From positions 1 through 26,747 of IMG/VR virus record IMGVR_UViG_2778261499_000013: a DNA stretch of 26,747 nucleotides; one strand, given 5' to 3'. Within the stretch, counting starts at the first letter, position 1. Each line of letters opens with the position of its first letter. Below, one piece after another: positions 19,510-26,747 of the stretch. The stretch is from a virus (lineage: Duplodnaviria > Heunggongvirae > Uroviricota > Caudoviricetes). The translations under genes were made by a program, and so were the position numbers. A model generated the notes under the pieces. It searched no databases and was not told the origin of the DNA. It saw only the letters and a program-made list of their open reading frames with translations.

Positions 19510-19928
19510 TTTCCGAATAGAGTGCTCATCGGTGATGTTTCAATCTGGATTGCGCCGCCGTCTTTGCCGACAAGCTCATTAGTTACCTTGTCGCCATACT
19601 TACGTGGATTCATTCGGGCCAGCGCCCATTTGCGTGTATCAACGCGAAGTCTTGCCTTTGCCACTTCAGCAGCATCTGGAATCGCATTGTCAGCAATTTC
19701 GAATATCTCTTCGAAAATAGAATCAGCTCGTGCCTCAGTTGCCTTCGCGTACTTGTCGCGAAAATCCTCATGCTTTGCCAACCAGCGGAAAACAGTGGAC
19801 TTATCCGGCATACCAGGACGCTTACATACTTTCAGCAAACTTTCGCCAGAAGAAAGCAACGAGCAGATATCGTCAGCCACCTCCGGCATATAATCAGAGG
19901 GGCGACCAGCTTTTGGTTCAGTCGCCAT
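19506..19928 (-). CDS. Terminase small subunit, Sf6 gp1-like
   Basis: From the second ATG the product is 140 aa starting MATEPKAGRPSDYMPEVADDICSLLSSGESLLKVCKRPGMPDKSTVFRWL, matching my recollection of Sf6 gp1; overlaps the terminase large subunit start. Confidence 0.85.
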   Translation of the reverse strand: MATEPKAGRPSDYMPEVADDICSLLSSGESLLKVCKRPGMPDKSTVFRWLAKHEDFRDKYAKATEARADSIFEEIFEIADNAIPDAAEVAKARLRVDTRKWALARMNPRKYGDKVTNELVGKDGGAIQIETSPMSTLFGK

Positions 19929-19951
19929 ATTCATCTCACTTAATTGTCATT

Positions 19952-20131
19952 TCAGGCTGAGGACTCTTTCGCGCTTTCAATCAATGACTGCTTTAGCAAT
20001 TCGAGTGTGCCAATCGCCTCACATAAACTGATTTCACCATCGTAATCATGAATGACGCTTTCCAGCCGATCGTATAGCTCTTGAGTAATTGGGAATTTCT
20101 TCTCCTTACCCAAATTGATTACGCGGCTCAC
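19952..20131 (-). CDS. Possible small ORF (GTG start) immediately upstream of terS
   Basis: 59-codon frame found by hand, GGAG 6 nt before the GTG, starts just after the stop of the 80-aa ORF; no homology recognised. Confidence 0.25.
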   Translation of the reverse strand: MSRVINLGKEKKFPITQELYDRLESVIHDYDGEISLCEAIGTLELLKQSLIESAKESSA

Positions 20132-20132
20132 A

Positions 20133-20375
20133 TCATGCTCCGGTAGTGAACAGGTCTAACGCTTCCTTCGATTTACGCACCGCTTCGAATGTGCGGATCG
20201 TGATATCTGAATTAGCGCCGCCTGACTGGAAGTGAATTTTGAATAGCTCAAGCTTCAGTTCGTCAGTGCCAATGAATTGAAATGCTTCCTCTGCGGCTGC
20301 GTTCTGGTTCATGACCAGTTTGTAAATCTCTAACTGGAACTTCTGTTCTTCAGTCATGGGAATAATCTCTGCCAT
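20133..20375 (-). CDS. Hypothetical protein
   Basis: 80 aa, ATG preceded by GGAG at 8-nt spacing; MAEIIPMTEEQKFQLEIYKLVMNQ... Confidence 0.55.
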   Translation of the reverse strand: MAEIIPMTEEQKFQLEIYKLVMNQNAAAEEAFQFIGTDELKLELFKIHFQSGGANSDITIRTFEAVRKSKEALDLFTTGA

Positions 20376-20478
20376 TGTTGGCTCCGTTTATCCGTTAAAA
20401 GGGATATCAGTTAAGTTATCCCGTGTATGGTATAAGCCATTGTCAAAGCCACTCTGTAGGGAATGGCTTTTGTAATAA

Positions 20479-20859
20479 CTACTGTTCGCTTAGCTTCTGC
20501 TTCAGCAAGTAACCTTCGAGCATCCAGATTTTGTTTACAGCATTCTGCCGGGCAATCTTCCGACCAATTTCTGCATCAAAGTTTTCCGGGCTTGCACAGG
20601 CACTCTCTCCGGTGACGGTGAAGCCATTCTTCAGCACCAGTACGCAGAAAGTGAGCAACTTCAATGGTGATAAATCACGATCGCCTTCTTCTGGTTTTTC
20701 CCTGCCACAATATTCGTTGCTGGAAATGGCACCATTTCGTCCATCATAAGCAGTAAAGTAATGCTCGCTTTTAATCACGTCTTCGATGTGCTGCGGGGTG
20801 ATTCGCGGTGCCGTTTTGCCTTTCTCAACGATTTCTTTTTCGATTTGCTGGTCGTTCAT
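20479..20859 (-). CDS. Conserved phage protein, possibly N4 gp49 / Sf6 gene 66 family
   Basis: 126 aa; segment LLTFCVLVLKNGFTVTGESACASPENFDAEIGRKIARQNAVNKIWMLEGYLL resembles that family from memory, not confirmed. Confidence 0.55.
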   Translation of the reverse strand: MNDQQIEKEIVEKGKTAPRITPQHIEDVIKSEHYFTAYDGRNGAISSNEYCGREKPEEGDRDLSPLKLLTFCVLVLKNGFTVTGESACASPENFDAEIGRKIARQNAVNKIWMLEGYLLKQKLSEQ

Positions 20860-21142
20860 AATTATGACCCTGTGGAGTGGTTGCTTGATTAGGATGTCTT
20901 TCCATCAGTCCGCCACCACAAAGAATCTTTTTTGCCATAAGGCAGGAGGTTCATCTTTCAGTGGCTGCCAGTGTTATTTCCCCACTTACTGGCTTGGGTT
21001 GTTTCGTGGTACTGCCGCAACTGGTGGTGCACAGATTTAGTTAAATCTGTTCTCGCCTGAACTATCTTTTACATACCCGGATTGTGGGGATGTAAATCAC
21101 GGTTTCATTATCAAGCCCACCCGTAGATGGGCTTTGGAATGG

Positions 21143-21661
21143 TCACTTTGGCAGTCCGGGGATCGATATTTGCGCCTGCTGCTCAAGCCTTTCGATTCTT
21201 GCTATGAGTTGCGGTTTTTTGATCCTGCCCCAGCGGTTCAGCAAGCGTCCTGACATACTGGCAACATCCTTTTCCTTCATGAACTCCAGCATTAACTCGT
21301 TGTGCTCTCTTTGGTATGAGTGAGCCATCTCCATCATCCTGTCACGCATCCAATTAAATGCTTTGATAAACGCCTCTTTGATGGCGGCAGCTTTTTTGCC
21401 GGTAAACGACATGATGATGTACATCGCGCCGTCTTTGGAAATTTCATATTCAACATACTGATTACCCTTGTGTTCATAGGTAACCCGCGAAAAGTTGCTG
21501 GTTAGAAATTCATCCGAACAGTCTAGCTTTTCGATTTTCTGAATGATGTGGTGATGCTGCTTGTCGAAGTAAGCTGCTACCTTGCGGGAGGTTGTGATCA
21601 CGCGATCACCAGAAACAACCACCATGTCCCGGAAATCGAGATTAGCCAATTGATGATTCAT
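21143..21661 (-). CDS. rha: Phage regulatory protein Rha
   Basis: 172 aa from the internal ATG; MNHQLANLDFRDMVVVSGDRVITTSRKVAAYFDKQHHHIIQKIEKL matches the Rha N-terminal domain; the 81-codon upstream extension in the ORF track starts at TTG and contains a terminator hairpin. Confidence 0.8.
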   Translation of the reverse strand: MNHQLANLDFRDMVVVSGDRVITTSRKVAAYFDKQHHHIIQKIEKLDCSDEFLTSNFSRVTYEHKGNQYVEYEISKDGAMYIIMSFTGKKAAAIKEAFIKAFNWMRDRMMEMAHSYQREHNELMLEFMKEKDVASMSGRLLNRWGRIKKPQLIARIERLEQQAQISIPGLPK

Positions 21662-21802
21662 AGCGTCTTTACCTTTTAGAAAGTGAGCCTGTCTCACAGA
21701 AAAGCCGCCCGAGAGAGGTCGCCACCTATAACGGCATTTCTCAGGCTCGCTTACTGAAAGGCTCTCGTTAATATGCGCGTGAGATGCGCTGTGAAATTCA
21801 GA

Positions 21803-21825
21803 TATAAAAAGCCCCGCGAATGCGA
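21803..21825 (-). terminator. Candidate intrinsic terminator between Rz and rha
   Basis: Minus-strand RNA GCCUCGC-AUUC-GCGGGGC (7-bp stem with one G-U pair) followed by UUUUUAUA. Confidence 0.5.
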
Positions 21826-22006
21826 GGCTAAATCCTGGTATTTGTAATGAACTGGCTCTTATCTCAACGCAGCCCCTTACTGCGCGCCAGATGCTCAATA
21901 TCAAGCATCAGCAATGAGATGTTTAATCTGGATTCACTCCAGAAGTGATCACCACCCTGTCTACAGAGCCAGATGTGAAGGATGATGAGTAAAATTATCG
22001 CTATCA

Positions 22007-22471
22007 TCAAAGGCATTGCGTCCTGATGTATTCCTGAAGCGTTCTCAGTGCTGTTTGGTCGCGGATAATTCCGTCCCGGATATCGAGAACGTTTCGTCCA
22101 GCAACTGAAGAGAGTTCGACGGTGGCCTCATTGCCCATGCCGGAGGAGCTGGAGGTTTTGGCTGAGGCTGGCACAGGGCATTTTCCTTTGACGAGCACCC
22201 GACCACCATTATCAAGCTTGCGCCGAAGAGCATCATTTTCAGCTTTCGCATCAGCTAACTCCTTCGTGTATTTAGCATCGAGTGCATCAGCATCACGCTG
22301 GCGCTGTTGCATGTCAGTAATGGTGGCGTTCGCCAGCTTCAGCTCACTGACTTTTTTATCGCGCTGCTCTTTGTAGGTAATGGCGTTATCACGGTAATGA
22401 TTAACAGCCCATGACAGGCAGACGATGATGCAGATAATCAGAGCGGAGATAATCGCGGTTACTCTGCTCAT
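22007..22471 (-). CDS. Rz: Spanin inner-membrane subunit Rz
   Basis: 154 aa; N-terminal 90 aa ([34 protein letters not shown]...) near-identical to lambda Rz as I recall it; C-terminal half diverges. Confidence 0.9.
   Translation of the reverse strand: MSRVTAIISALIICIIVCLSWAVNHYRDNAITYKEQRDKKVSELKLANATITDMQQRQRDADALDAKYTKELADAKAENDALRRKLDNGGRVLVKGKCPVPASAKTSSSSGMGNEATVELSSVAGRNVLDIRDGIIRDQTALRTLQEYIRTQCL
22045..22251 (-). CDS. Rz1: Spanin outer-membrane lipoprotein Rz1
   Basis: 68-aa ORF embedded in the +1 frame of Rz; [21 protein letters not shown] has a lipobox (VVGC), followed by a Pro-rich segment [11 protein letters not shown] as in lambda Rz1. Confidence 0.8.
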   Translation of the reverse strand: MRKLKMMLFGASLIMVVGCSSKENALCQPQPKPPAPPAWAMRPPSNSLQLLDETFSISGTELSATKQH

Positions 22472-22944
22472 ACCTCAATCTCTCTGACCGTTCCGCCTGC
22501 TTCTTTGAATTTTGCAATCAGGCTGTCAGCCTTATGCTCGAACTGACCATAACCAGCGCCCGGCAGTGAAGCCCAGATATTGCTGCAACGGTCGATTGCC
22601 TGACGAATATCACCGCGATCAATCATAGGTAAAGCGCCACGCTCTTTAATCTGTTGCAGTGCCACAGCGTCCTGGCTTTTAGGAGAGAAGTCTTTCAGGC
22701 CAAGCTGCTTACGGTAGGCATCCCACCAACGGGAAAGAAGCTGGTAGCGCCCGGCGGCTGTTGATTTGAGTTTGGGGTTTAGCGTGACAAGTTTGCGAGG
22801 GTGATCGGAGTAATCAGTGAATAGCTCTCCGCCAACAATGACGTCATAACCATGATTTCTGGTTTTCTGACGTCCGTTATCAGTTCCCTCTGACCACGCC
22901 AGCATATCGAGGAACGCCTTACGTTGATTATTGATTTCCACCAT
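22468..22944 (-). CDS. R: Endolysin, lambda R-type lytic transglycosylase
   Basis: 158 aa, [51 protein letters not shown]... essentially identical to lambda R as I recall it. Confidence 0.95.
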   Translation of the reverse strand: MVEINNQRKAFLDMLAWSEGTDNGRQKTRNHGYDVIVGGELFTDYSDHPRKLVTLNPKLKSTAAGRYQLLSRWWDAYRKQLGLKDFSPKSQDAVALQQIKERGALPMIDRGDIRQAIDRCSNIWASLPGAGYGQFEHKADSLIAKFKEAGGTVREIEV

Positions 22945-23251
22945 CTTCTACTCCGGCTTTTTTAGCAGCGAAGCGTTTGATAAGCGAACCAATCGAGTCA
23001 GTACCGATGTAGCCGATGAACACGCTCGTTATATAAGCGAGATTGCTACTTAGTCCGGCGAAGTCGAGAAGGTCACGAATGAACCAGGCGATAATGGCGC
23101 ACATCGTTGCGTCGATTACTGTTTTTGTAAACGCACCGCCATTATATCTGCCGCGAAGGTACGCCATTGCAAACGCAAGGATTGCCCCGATGCCTTGTTC
23201 CTTTGCCGCGAGAATGGCGGCTAACAGGTCATGTTTTTCTGGCATCTTCAT
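22928..23251 (-). CDS. S: Holin/antiholin, lambda S-type with dual start
   Basis: 107 aa [43 protein letters not shown]...; Met1-Lys2-Met3 dual-start motif (ATG at 23251 and 23245); upstream CCCC-UUAUU-GGGG hairpin (23259-23271) like the lambda sdi structure; 3' end overlaps R. Confidence 0.95.
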   Translation of the reverse strand: MKMPEKHDLLAAILAAKEQGIGAILAFAMAYLRGRYNGGAFTKTVIDATMCAIIAWFIRDLLDFAGLSSNLAYITSVFIGYIGTDSIGSLIKRFAAKKAGVEDGGNQ

Positions 23252-23367
23252 GTCTTAGCCCCAATAAGGGGATTTGCTCTATTTAATTAGGAATAAGGTC
23301 GATTACTGATAGAACAAATCCAGGCTACTGCGTTTAGTAATCAGATTTGTTCGTGACCGATATGCAC

Positions 23368-23406
23368 GGGCAAAACGGCATGAGGTTGTTAGCGCAACCT
23401 CCTGCC
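23368..23406 (-). other. Conserved leader hairpin upstream of S (possible secondary terminator)
   Basis: Minus-strand GGCAGGAGGUUG-CGCUA-CAACCUCAUGCC followed by GUUUUGCC; matches a lambda late-leader element I recall; one stem mismatch. Confidence 0.35.
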
Positions 23407-23782
23407 ACCCGCTTTCACGAAGGTCATGTGTAGAAGGCCGCAGCGTAACTATCACTGATGAATTCAGGATAGCCAGTGGCTACGGCTCAGTTTGGGTTGT
23501 GGCGGTCGGTGCTGAACTCCGACTTAATGACGATAGGCGTGTACCGACGCCTCGTTTTACTTCCTCCGCTTTCACGGCTTCACCCTAGACCAGCTTTACG
23601 AAATCCTCGTAAACCTAACCGCGGCAGATATGACCGGCACGGTGTGCCATATCACGGACCGGCGGGTATCTCGTTCACCTGATTAACGCATCAGCCTGCG
23701 TATTCACCACAACGATAAGAGCACTCGGTGCATTTAAGCCAAGCCCCATAAGGGAGAATGCTCTTACCTGTTGTGCAAACGC

Positions 23783-23813
23783 AAAAAGCCCCGAGCTATT
23801 AACTCAGGGCTTT
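23783..23813 (-). terminator. tR'-like intrinsic terminator of the late leader RNA
   Basis: Minus-strand GCCCUGAG-UUAAUAG-CUCGGGGC (8-bp stem, one G-U) followed by UUUUU, about 30-60 nt downstream of the PR'-like promoter; flanking TGCACAACAGGTAAGAGCATT matches lambda sequence just after tR'. Confidence 0.65.
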
Positions 23814-23846
23814 ATTTAACGAGTGCATTTATCCATCGTTGAGTCA

Positions 23847-23875
23847 AATTTACCCAAAGTTATTCAAAAAGTCAA
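23847..23875 (-). promoter_or_regulatory. Late promoter PR' with overlapping Q-utilisation (qut) region
   Basis: Minus strand TTGACT (23875-23870), 17-bp spacer, TAAATT (23852-23847), then TTGACTCAACGATGG as in lambda PR'; 42 bp downstream of the Q stop. Confidence 0.75.
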
Positions 23876-23917
23876 TATTATGCCGTTAATATGTTGCCAT
23901 CCGTGGCAATCATGCTG

Positions 23918-24541
23918 CTAACGTGTGACCGCATTCAAAATATTGTCTGCGATTGACTCTTCCTTGTGGCATTGCACCACCAGAGCGTCATACAGCGGCT
24001 TAACAGTGCGTGACCAGGTGGGTTGAGTAAGGTTTGGGATTAGCATCGTTACAGCGCGATATGCGGCGCTTGCTGGCATTCTTGAATAGCCGACACCTTT
24101 GCATCTTCCGCACTCTTTCTCAACAACTCTCCCCCACTGCTCCGTTTTGGCTATATCAACCGCACGGCCTGTACCGTGGCAATCTCTGCATCTTGCGCCC
24201 GGCGTCGCGGCACTACGGCAATAATCCGCATAAGCGAATGTTGCGAGCACTTGCAGTACCTTTGCCTTAGTATTTCCTTCAAGCTTTGCCACACCACGGT
24301 ATTTCCCCGATACCTTGTGTGCAAATTGCATCAGATAGTTGATAGCCTTTTGTTTGTCGTTCTGGCTGAGTTCATGCTTACCGCAGAATGCAGCCATTCC
24401 GAATCCGGCTTGTGATTGCGCCATCCCCATAGCAGCCATCACATCAGTACCGGAAAGAGAGTCAGAAGCCGTAGCCCGTGGTGAGTCGCTCATCATCGGG
24501 CTTTTTGGCGAATGAAATTTAGCTACGCTTTCGAGTCTCAT
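23918..24541 (-). CDS. Q: Late gene antiterminator Q (lambda type)
   Basis: 207 aa MRLESVAKFHSPKSPMMSDSPRATASDSLSGTDVMAAMGMAQSQAGFG... essentially identical to lambda Q as I recall it, including the Cys-rich zinc-binding region CRDCHG...CGRCKG. Confidence 0.95.
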   Translation of the reverse strand: MRLESVAKFHSPKSPMMSDSPRATASDSLSGTDVMAAMGMAQSQAGFGMAAFCGKHELSQNDKQKAINYLMQFAHKVSGKYRGVAKLEGNTKAKVLQVLATFAYADYCRSAATPGARCRDCHGTGRAVDIAKTEQWGRVVEKECGRCKGVGYSRMPASAAYRAVTMLIPNLTQPTWSRTVKPLYDALVVQCHKEESIADNILNAVTR

Positions 24542-24726
24542 GGCCTTCCCCTTTTGCCCTGTTTGACCATCAGGACGCCGTTAACTATTACGTGACGCTC
24601 GCCTTTGCTGTCTCGGTTGTACTTGAGCACTGTTCCTCTTGCGCAGGAAAGCATCCTTGCCACTTCGGTCTGATTGCCTCGTGTCTGGATAAGAAGCTCT
24701 GGTATCGTTTGAATTGTGGCGTTCAT
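24538..24726 (-). CDS. ninH: NinH-like small DNA-binding protein
   Basis: 62 aa; IPELLIQTRGNQTEVARMLSCARGTVLKY resembles lambda NinH (helix-turn-helix); start overlaps the rusA stop. Confidence 0.8.
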   Translation of the reverse strand: MNATIQTIPELLIQTRGNQTEVARMLSCARGTVLKYNRDSKGERHVIVNGVLMVKQGKRGRP

Positions 24727-25085
24727 GCGTTCTCCAGTTCGGTGATTTTTATTCCAAGCCTTCCACCTGGTACTTTCACACCACGAATTACGCGAATGTC
24801 ATCGAATTGCTCGTCGTCTTCCGCAAATCCGGCGTGGATAAGGGAGTCGAGTAAACCTTTCAGGATGTTGTCGAGGTCGCGGCGGCGGGAGTCCGGAACG
24901 TCTGCGATTACTTTGATGCGGAGTCGTGATTTGGTGAAAATGTCTAACTTAAGTTGGCGGATGATTTGCTGAACGTCTTTTCGGTATTTCTGGCCTTTAT
25001 CGCTGATGTAGTATTGGCTTCCCCGTCTTCGCCAGTAGGTATTCACCGACGGCGGGTATGGAAGCACAAACTGATATTCGTTCAT
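24723..25085 (-). CDS. rusA: Holliday junction resolvase RusA
   Basis: 120 aa; MNEYQFVLPYPPSVNTYWRRRG...DSRRRDLDNILKGLLDSL...GGRLGIKITELENA matches RusA family motifs (PPSxNxYxR, RRRDLDN). Confidence 0.85.
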   Translation of the reverse strand: MNEYQFVLPYPPSVNTYWRRRGSQYYISDKGQKYRKDVQQIIRQLKLDIFTKSRLRIKVIADVPDSRRRDLDNILKGLLDSLIHAGFAEDDEQFDDIRVIRGVKVPGGRLGIKITELENA

Positions 25086-25372
25086 GGCTTAATCTTCCCC
25101 TCCTTCAGTAGTATCGCCTGCGTCCTGATCACGCCTTCGAGGTGGTAAAGTCTGGCGTCTTTGTTGTCGAGAATCATTGTGCGTCGGTCGATCTCCGCGT
25201 GGCAGTCACTACAAGCCCATGCACCGATCAGGTCGTCAGGCTTCATTCCCGTTCCGCAAATTCCAGCCATCCGGTAATGTGCCAGAACTGTAGTTTCAGG
25301 GTTGCCATTGCATACGCCGTAAATACGTACCTGGCATTCTCTGCCGCGTGCTTCTTTGCGTAGGTTAGCCAT
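25082..25372 (-). CDS. YbcO-like (DUF1364) Cys-rich nin-region protein
   Basis: 96 aa MANLRKEARGRECQVRIYGVCNGNPETTVLAHYR...CSDCHAEIDRR resembles DLP12 YbcO, which also precedes rusA. Confidence 0.7.
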   Translation of the reverse strand: MANLRKEARGRECQVRIYGVCNGNPETTVLAHYRMAGICGTGMKPDDLIGAWACSDCHAEIDRRTMILDNKDARLYHLEGVIRTQAILLKEGKIKP

Positions 25373-25641
25373 TATGGTTCACTCCAGTAATTCTCAATTG
25401 CAGCAGCCATCCTCTGCATCCACTCAGCCAGCTTTAACGCGGCTTCTCTTTCAGAACCACATTTAGGGAAATCCTTCATTTCCATGCTGGCCTTATATGT
25501 TCTGAATGCCAGGTCTCCGGTAATAACCAGCTCCTGATCAAGCACAGAGCGTTTATTCCGGTGTTGAACGTAATAGACAGATTCAGTCCGCATTTCTTCT
25601 CTGTCTTTTTTGAAGGAAATAAGCTCAGAGAAATCACTCAT
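25372..25641 (-). CDS. Hypothetical nin-region protein
   Basis: 89-aa ORF in operon context between ninF and the ybcO-like gene; no family recognised. Confidence 0.5.
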   Translation of the reverse strand: MSDFSELISFKKDREEMRTESVYYVQHRNKRSVLDQELVITGDLAFRTYKASMEMKDFPKCGSEREAALKLAEWMQRMAAAIENYWSEP

Positions 25642-25810
25642 CGTCTTCTTCCTCGTACATTGAGCTATTCGGATCGCTCATCAGCTCTGCGCAGCAGTGC
25701 TCACACACGTGAACTTCCAGCACATGCAGCTTCTGACCGCAGTTAGCGCACGTTAAAGCCCGCTCGACGCTTTCTTTCTGGTATTGGAGGGATTGGGATG
25801 GGCTAAGCAT
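25634..25810 (-). CDS. ninF: NinF-like small Cys-rich protein
   Basis: 58 aa from the ATG at 25810: MLSPSQSLQYQKESVERALTCANCGQKLHVLEVHVCEHCCAELMSDPNSS matches lambda NinF as I recall it; the ORF-track start is a TTG two codons upstream; start overlaps the methyltransferase stop. Confidence 0.8.
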   Translation of the reverse strand: MLSPSQSLQYQKESVERALTCANCGQKLHVLEVHVCEHCCAELMSDPNSSMYEEEDDE

Positions 25811-26747
25811 TAACAACCTCCATACAAACTTTCACGAATGCCGTTGCTACTTCTGCATTGATTGCGTTTCCATATCCAATAATTCGCTGATCTTGATTGC
25901 GCTTTGCCATTCCTCCCAGTGTGGACTTGCCTCGTCCCAAGCTTTTGGCAATGCCATTAACCATCGGGAATGAGCCGGGTCTAACTGGACGATATTTTTC
26001 ATCTCTACAGTAAAGCCAGTCTGCATCTCTCCAGAAGCCGTTAACCGGTAATGAGTACATAGCTTCACCGTCCCTGGAAGTTTCAAGCAGATTCTTGGGG
26101 TTCCGCTCTTGTCTTTTCCGCTGTAGCAATGCGTTGAACCTGTTGCATCGTTCGCTAAAGGAGTTTGCCATCCCGCTAGTCTCACGCATCCAGATAGGTT
26201 CTGAATTCCCCTGCGCGTTTCTGGCTGAAAGTTGATATTTGTCGTTGGAGTAGGCCACCCAATACAATCGCTGCCTGATGTGCGGAGAACCGAAGCCCGC
26301 AGCGCAAATATCGGTACCTGCAGAGGTGTAGTTCGCACCTTCCAAGTCAGTTTGTACAAGGTCGAGCCAAGCGAGGCCGTCTGCGCTTGCAACCTGTTCG
26401 CCAATAACGATGCCAGGATTGCATTTTTCAATAAGCCAGAAGAATGCCGGCCATAAGTGCCGCTCGTCATCAACCCCTTTTCCTTTGCCTGCCGAGCTGA
26501 AAGGTTGGCATGGGCAACTTCCTGTCCAGATACTCTTGTTGTCTGGCCATCCTGCTTTTCTAAGTGCATAGCTCCAAACTCCGATTCCTGCAAAAAAGTG
26601 GTGCTGGGTAAACCCTCGCAAATCACCTGGTGTGACATCTTCAATACTCCTTTCATCTACATAACCGGGGGCAATTTCTCCAGCGTCAATTAAGTTACGC
26701 AGCCATTGCGCTGCATACGGATCTATTTCGTTGTAATACGCAGTCAT
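25803..26747 (-). CDS. DNA (cytosine-5)-methyltransferase, phage nin-region type
   Basis: 314-aa frame with C5-methyltransferase hallmarks in order: FFAGIGVWS, GSCPCQPFS (catalytic Pro-Cys), GEQV (ENV-like), PHIRQRLYWVAY (QxRxR), GYGNAINAEVATAF (GNAV-like). The ATG is the last three bases of the window, so the true start could lie beyond it. Confidence 0.7.
   Translation of the reverse strand: MTAYYNEIDPYAAQWLRNLIDAGEIAPGYVDERSIEDVTPGDLRGFTQHHFFAGIGVWSYALRKAGWPDNKSIWTGSCPCQPFSSAGKGKGVDDERHLWPAFFWLIEKCNPGIVIGEQVASADGLAWLDLVQTDLEGANYTSAGTDICAAGFGSPHIRQRLYWVAYSNDKYQLSARNAQGNSEPIWMRETSGMANSFSERCNRFNALLQRKRQERNPKNLLETSRDGEAMYSLPVNGFWRDADWLYCRDEKYRPVRPGSFPMVNGIAKSLGRGKSTLGGMAKRNQDQRIIGYGNAINAEVATAFVKVCMEVVNA

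Noticed and set aside
20860-21142. Hairpin AGCCCA-CCCGTAGA-TGGGCT (around 21113-21132) as a terminator after rha
   Set aside because: 6-bp stem with an 8-nt loop and no U-tract on the minus strand; too weak to call
21662-21904. N-terminal extension of the rha ORF (81 codons, TTG start)
   Set aside because: The Rha homology begins at the internal ATG (MNHQLANLDF...); the extension starts at TTG, contains a terminator-like hairpin and has no protein-like features
23476-23682. 68-aa plus-strand ORF in the late leader between tR' and S
   Set aside because: Lies antisense within the lambda-like untranslated late leader; Arg/Pro-rich composition and no ribosome-binding site
25847-26656. 269-codon open frame on the minus strand overlapping the methyltransferase gene in another frame
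   Set aside because: The 314-aa frame carries the ordered C5-methyltransferase motifs through to the C-terminal GNAI motif, so the second frame would recode the same nucleotides. Long alternative-frame ORFs occur elsewhere in this window over well-identified genes, so I treat it as a chance ORF pending a homology search
1-26747. CRISPR arrays, IS elements, rRNA or tRNA genes
   Set aside because: I saw no direct-repeat/spacer periodicity, no transposase-like ORFs with terminal inverted repeats and no tRNA-like sequences; the window is almost entirely protein-coding phage DNA

Overview
This window reads as a near-complete late/accessory half of a mosaic temperate lambdoid phage in phage (non-integrated) form: a P4-type integrase converges on a P22-like tailspike with only 78 bp between them. 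It contains a P22-type immI region (mnt, arc, antirepressor) with the P22 Arc operator sequence and a perfect palindromic Mnt operator. The minus strand carries a complete P22/Sf6-like packaging and virion module (small and large terminase, portal, scaffold, coat, gp4, gp10, gp26 needle, gp14, gp7, gp20, gp16). Upstream lie a rha gene, a lambda-type lysis cassette (S, R, Rz/Rz1), the Q antiterminator with a PR'-like promoter and tR'-like terminator, and the end of a nin region (NinH, RusA, YbcO-like, NinF, C5 DNA methyltransferase). All identifications are from motifs and recalled protein sequences, not from searches. The best candidate for an undescribed system is a three-gene cassette on the plus strand between mnt and gp16 (5218-6399), the position P22 uses for the superinfection-exclusion gene sieA; a second candidate is an extra membrane-protein gene inserted between arc and the antirepressor. 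I found no tRNA, rRNA, CRISPR array or IS element.
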